Part shown: in pieces, positions 6,734 through 10,448 of the stretch
How the letters are laid out: each line of letters opens with the position of its first letter
Numbering within the stretch: position 1 is the stretch's first letter
NCBI GenBank assembly: GCA_041497675.1
Contig: JBGQGY010000123.1
Coordinates: 1-10,448, forward strand
Origin: a bacterium
GTDB taxonomy: Bacteria; Sysuimicrobiota; Sysuimicrobiia; Sysuimicrobiales; Humicultoraceae
Reading direction: 5' to 3'
DNA: 10,448 nt
Notes under the pieces: model-generated
What the model was told of the DNA's origin: nothing
Database searches by the model: none
What the model saw: only the letters and a program-made list of their open reading frames with translations
Translations under genes and position numbers: made by a program

Positions 6734-8818
6734 ATGGGGTTGGATCTCCGAGGATTCAGGCGGCTCGAGTCGCGCGCCACAAGCGACACCGGCGACGTCG
6801 ACGTGAGCGTGTATGCGCGCGGCATTGTCCGGTTGCGCGCCGGACCGGCTGTCGCCCATGACTACGGGCTCTTGGTGGGCCCGCCGCAGCCGCCGTCAGG
6901 CCCCGGAGCGGGGGATCTCGCGGCGCTCGACATCCTCCCTGCTCCCTTTCGCGTGCGGTTGTCGCGTGCCGGTCACATGGTGCTCGAATCGACCACGGAC
7001 GGCCACATCCGTGGTGGGCTGCGGGTACCCCCATTCGCGTTTCGTGCGCCGGACGAGGCCGGCGGTGCGGCGTGGATGGTGTCGTTTGCCCTGGACCGGG
7101 ATGAACCCGTCTACGGTCTCGGCGAGAAATTTGGATCCCTGAACCATCGGGGCCAGTTGATCACGTCGTGGAACGAAGACGCCTGGGGCGTGAACGGCGA
7201 AGCCTCGTACAAAAACGTGCCCTTTGCCTGGAGCCCCGCGGGATGGGGCGTGTTCGTGCACACGACGGCGCGGGTGCACCACGGCGTCGGCTATCCGCAA
7301 TGGTCCACCCGCAGCTATGTGCTGCGGGTGGACCATCCTACGTTAGATCTTTTTCTGTTCGCCGCGGAGACACCGGCCGGCCTGCTCGAGCGCTTCACAT
7401 ATCTGACCGGCCGCACGCCGCTGCCGCCCCGCTGGAGCTTTGGGGTGTGGATGTCGCGGTGCTACTATCGCACGGCCGGCGAGGCGATGGAGGCGGCGCG
7501 GATGTTGCGCGAGCGACACATCCCCTGCGACGTGCTGGTGCTCGATGGGCGGGCGTGGCTGAAGGTCGACACCCGCTTTGGGTTCGAGTGGGACGCCGAG
7601 CGGTATCCTGATCCGCCCGGTTTCATACGCGACCTGAAGGCGCTCGACTTTCGCCTGTGTCTGTGGGAGTACCCGTACGTCTCGGTCCATAACCCGCTGT
7701 TTGAGGATCTCGCCGGTAGGGGCTTTCTGCTGCGCGATCGGGCGGGGAAACCGTTTGTCTATCACTGGAGTTCCGAACCGTTCGCCACGCTGCTGACTCC
7801 CCTTCCTCCAAGCGGCATGATCGACTTCACACATCCCGGCGCATATGCCTGGTATCAGGATGCCCACCACGCGCTCTTCGCCGCCGGCGCCGACGTGATG
7901 AAGACCGACTTCGGCGAGCAGATCCCCGAGGATGTGGTGGCACACAACGGCGACAGTGGACACCGGCTCCACAACGTCTATCCCCTCCTCTACAATCGGT
8001 GCGTCTATGAGGCGACCGAGCGCTTCGGTGCCGGCGGCGCGATGGTCTGGGGACGATCAGGGTGGACAGGGAGCCAGCGGTACCCGGTGCAGTGGGGCGG
8101 CGATCCGCAAACGGACTGGGACGGTCTGGCGGCCAGCATTCGAGGCGCGCTGTCGTGGGGGATGTCTGGGGTTCCCTTCGGTACCCACGACATCGGCGGG
8201 TTCTACGGCGATCCCCCAGACGCCGAACTGTACGTCCGGTGGACGCAGGCGGGTGTGATGGCGTCGCATACGCGGTTTCACGGGACGTCTCCGCGCGAGC
8301 CGTGGCACTTCGGCGAGGAGGCCGAGCGGATCGTCCGTCGGTGGTTGGAGTGGCGCTACCGGTTGATTCCCTATCTGGAAGGGTGCGCGCTGGAGGCGCA
8401 GCGCACAGGGATGCCGGTCATGCGCGCCATGCCGCTGGCGTTCCCAGAAGATCGCGCGGCGTGGACCTTTGAGCACCAATACCTGTTTGGGGCCTCGTTG
8501 CTCGTCGCGCCGGTGTTGACGCCAGGCGGTGCTGTTCGCTTCTACCTACCCGCGGGTGGCTGGTACGATCTACAGTCGGGAGACCGGCTGGAAGGCCCTC
8601 GTGCGGTCGAGATGGTGATGCCGCTCGATGTGATGCCCTTGTATGGGCGCGAGGGATACGTACTGCCGCTGGGACCCGTCGCCCAGCACACGGGCGAACT
8701 GGATCCACAGCGGCCGCTCGAAGAGATCTGGGTCTTCGGTGACCAGAAAGAAGACCACAAGATCGATCTTCCCACCGGTGTCCGCGCGCGAATCTTTGCG
8801 TCCGAACGATCCGTCTAG
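6734..8818 (+). CDS. Glycoside hydrolase family 31, YicI alpha-xylosidase-like
   Basis: ATG 6734 lies 2 nt after the aldolase stop; 694 aa. YGLGEKF, SYKNVPF, LTGR..LPP.W.FG, nucleophile motif KTDFGE (D392), HNVYP, acid/base WGGD (D457), HDIGGF, and PVMRAM. Confidence 0.92.
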   Translation: MGLDLRGFRRLESRATSDTGDVDVSVYARGIVRLRAGPAVAHDYGLLVGPPQPPSGPGAGDLAALDILPAPFRVRLSRAGHMVLESTTDGHIRGGLRVPPFAFRAPDEAGGAAWMVSFALDRDEPVYGLGEKFGSLNHRGQLITSWNEDAWGVNGEASYKNVPFAWSPAGWGVFVHTTARVHHGVGYPQWSTRSYVLRVDHPTLDLFLFAAETPAGLLERFTYLTGRTPLPPRWSFGVWMSRCYYRTAGEAMEAARMLRERHIPCDVLVLDGRAWLKVDTRFGFEWDAERYPDPPGFIRDLKALDFRLCLWEYPYVSVHNPLFEDLAGRGFLLRDRAGKPFVYHWSSEPFATLLTPLPPSGMIDFTHPGAYAWYQDAHHALFAAGADVMKTDFGEQIPEDVVAHNGDSGHRLHNVYPLLYNRCVYEATERFGAGGAMVWGRSGWTGSQRYPVQWGGDPQTDWDGLAASIRGALSWGMSGVPFGTHDIGGFYGDPPDAELYVRWTQAGVMASHTRFHGTSPREPWHFGEEAERIVRRWLEWRYRLIPYLEGCALEAQRTGMPVMRAMPLAFPEDRAAWTFEHQYLFGASLLVAPVLTPGGAVRFYLPAGGWYDLQSGDRLEGPRAVEMVMPLDVMPLYGREGYVLPLGPVAQHTGELDPQRPLEEIWVFGDQKEDHKIDLPTGVRARIFASERSV

Positions 8819-9456
8819 CCCGCCCGCAGCGCGCTCCCGGCCCAGCCAATCCACACAATCGTCAGAAGAAACCCACCGAGCATGATCGGCGCCACACCTG
8901 CGGCAAAGAGCCCCAGCACGCCGAGAACGCCCGAGACGATGCCGACATAGGCCGCGCCAGCCGGCAGCACCTTCGTGTTGAGGATCGCCCATCCCGCGAG
9001 GATGGCGCCGACGCCGGTGAAAGCCCCGCCCAGCCCGTCGAAGGCCGCGCCGATCGCCGACAGGGTGGCCCAAGCTGCGGTGCCGCTGGCCTGATCCTTC
9101 GCGGCGAGATCGATGATCTGGCGCCCTCCCAACATCCAGATCGTCGAGCCAAGCGCGTAACTCGCCAGACCAATCAGAGAGATGTACAAGAAGGCTCTCG
9201 CTCGAGTCGGCGCGCCGTCCCGCAACCTGGTCGCGAGTCCCGTGACGAACAACACCGCAAAACCCGCTGCCAGAAGGCCGACGAATGCCGTCAGATTGAA
9301 GAGGCTCCACTTCTGCGTCGTCGCCGCCAGGCTTTTTGCGGGATCGCCTGGCGTCATAATGTCTTGTCCAAGAGCGAAGAAGAGGACGAAGAGTACAGCG
9401 AGGAGCACCGCCGTCACAAGACCGGCCGTTCCGCCGTTCTTTTGCACGCGGTCCAT
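8815..9456 (-). CDS. Multi-pass membrane protein of unknown function (DUF4386-like)
   Basis: Start reassigned to ATG 9456 because GGGAGGT SD lies just upstream; 213 aa with about 6 Gly/Ala-rich hydrophobic helices ending ...IVWIGWAG. The DUF4386 assignment is from overall resemblance only. Confidence 0.75.
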   Translation of the reverse strand: MDRVQKNGGTAGLVTAVLLAVLFVLFFALGQDIMTPGDPAKSLAATTQKWSLFNLTAFVGLLAAGFAVLFVTGLATRLRDGAPTRARAFLYISLIGLASYALGSTIWMLGGRQIIDLAAKDQASGTAAWATLSAIGAAFDGLGGAFTGVGAILAGWAILNTKVLPAGAAYVGIVSGVLGVLGLFAAGVAPIMLGGFLLTIVWIGWAGSALRAG

Positions 9457-9544
9457 CGCGCACCTCCCGGCGCGCTCATCCTCCATGGTGCGAGCGCGAC
9501 TATGGCAGCACTACGCGCTGCACCGGCGAATCCCTGTCGGCGGA

Positions 9545-10448
9545 TCAGCGTGGCGCGTGTCCGTGAGAGCGGGACGTCTGTTCGAGGAGTTTGGCGACGA
9601 GCGCCGTCCAGCCCGTTTGGTGGCTGGCGCCGAGCCCCTCGCCCGTGTCGCCGTGAAAGTACTCGTGGAACAACAGATAGTCTCGCCAGTACGGATCGCG
9701 CTGCAGGATCTCGTTCGCGCCGTACGCGGGCCGACGGCCGTCGGCGCCGCGCAGGAAGATGGCGATCAGCCGCTGTGAGAGGTCCTCGGCGATGTGCCAC
9801 AGCGTGCGCTTCGTCCCGCTCCCCGTGGGATGCTCGACCAGGAACTCGTCACCGTAGTAGTGATGGAACTTCTGCAGTGCCTCGATCAACAGGTAGTTGA
9901 TCGGGAACCAGATCGGCCCGCGCCAGTTGGAGTTGCCGCCGAACACCCCGGACGTCGACTCTCCGGGGTCGTATTGGACCACGTGATCCGTGCCGTCGAC
10001 GGTCAGCACGTACGGGTGCTGCACGTGGTACCGGCTGAGGGCGCGGACGCCGTAGTCGCTGAGGAACTCGGCGGGGTCGAGCATCCTCCGCAGCAGCCGC
10101 TTCATCCGGTGCCCGCGGGCCAGCGCGAGCAGCCGGCGGTCACCCTCCCCCGGCACGTGCCACCGCGAGACCAGACTCGCCAGGTGCGGGCGGTAGGTCA
10201 AGAACCACTCCATGCGCCTGCGGAAGTTCGGTAGGGCCTCGAGCAGGTCGGGTTCGATCGTCTCAACCGCCAGCAGTGGGATCAAACCGACCAGGGACCG
10301 GGCCTTGAGCCGCAGCGACCCGGCGTCCGTGTGCAACACGTCGTAGAAGAACTCGTCCTCGTCGTCCCAGAGCGCGATACCTTCGCCGCCGATGTTATTC
10401 AAGGCCCCGGCAATGTACATGAAGTGCTCAAAGAACTTTGTGGCGACG
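9545..10448 (-). CDS. Glycoside hydrolase family 63 (MGH1-like/mannosyl-oligosaccharide glucosidase-like), 5'-truncated by the window edge
   Basis: The frame stays open to the edge (..VATKFFEHFMYIA..). Motifs: LWDDEDEFFYD, RSLVGLIPL, EFLSDYGVRALS, GGNSNWRGPIWFPINY and FHEYFHGDTGEGLGASHQTGWT. Confidence 0.9.
   Translation of the reverse strand, partial: VATKFFEHFMYIAGALNNIGGEGIALWDDEDEFFYDVLHTDAGSLRLKARSLVGLIPLLAVETIEPDLLEALPNFRRRMEWFLTYRPHLASLVSRWHVPGEGDRRLLALARGHRMKRLLRRMLDPAEFLSDYGVRALSRYHVQHPYVLTVDGTDHVVQYDPGESTSGVFGGNSNWRGPIWFPINYLLIEALQKFHHYYGDEFLVEHPTGSGTKRTLWHIAEDLSQRLIAIFLRGADGRRPAYGANEILQRDPYWRDYLLFHEYFHGDTGEGLGASHQTGWTALVAKLLEQTSRSHGHAPR

Noticed and set aside
6734..8818. Calling the GH31 yihQ
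   Set aside because: Its catalytic motifs are YicI-type (KTDFGE/WGGD) and the YihQ signature is not recognisable.
9499..9507. Possible extended -10 (TGcCATAGT, minus strand) for the membrane-protein gene
   Set aside because: Weak match with no -35; the gene may simply be co-transcribed with the GH63 gene.
9545..10448. GH63 as part of the catabolic operon
   Set aside because: It is on the opposite strand, separated by another gene, and belongs to a widespread family; there is no evidence of linkage.

Overview
GC-rich bacterial window with three parts. (1) A minus-strand CsoR-family copper-sensing repressor (<1..316), missed by the ORF track, with a clear sigma70-type promoter and a C/G-tract inverted-repeat operator. 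(2) A tightly coupled 7-gene plus-strand operon (504..8818): carbohydrate ABC binding protein, two permeases, a FucI/AraA-superfamily isomerase, a PfkB kinase, a class I LacD/YihT-type aldolase and a GH31 glycosidase. (3) Two convergent minus-strand genes: a multi-TM membrane protein and the 3' part of a GH63 glycosidase. The operon is the main interest. The binding protein resembles the sulfoquinovose-binding protein SmoF, the isomerase resembles SqvD/SftI, and the kinase is colinear with sulfofructose kinase YihV. The GH31 is YicI-like rather than a YihQ sulfoquinovosidase. Together this suggests a mosaic sulfoglycolysis (sulfo-EMP variant) or a related sulfosugar pathway. All comparisons to reference proteins are from memory and need alignment. 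No RNA genes, CRISPR arrays or mobile elements were seen.
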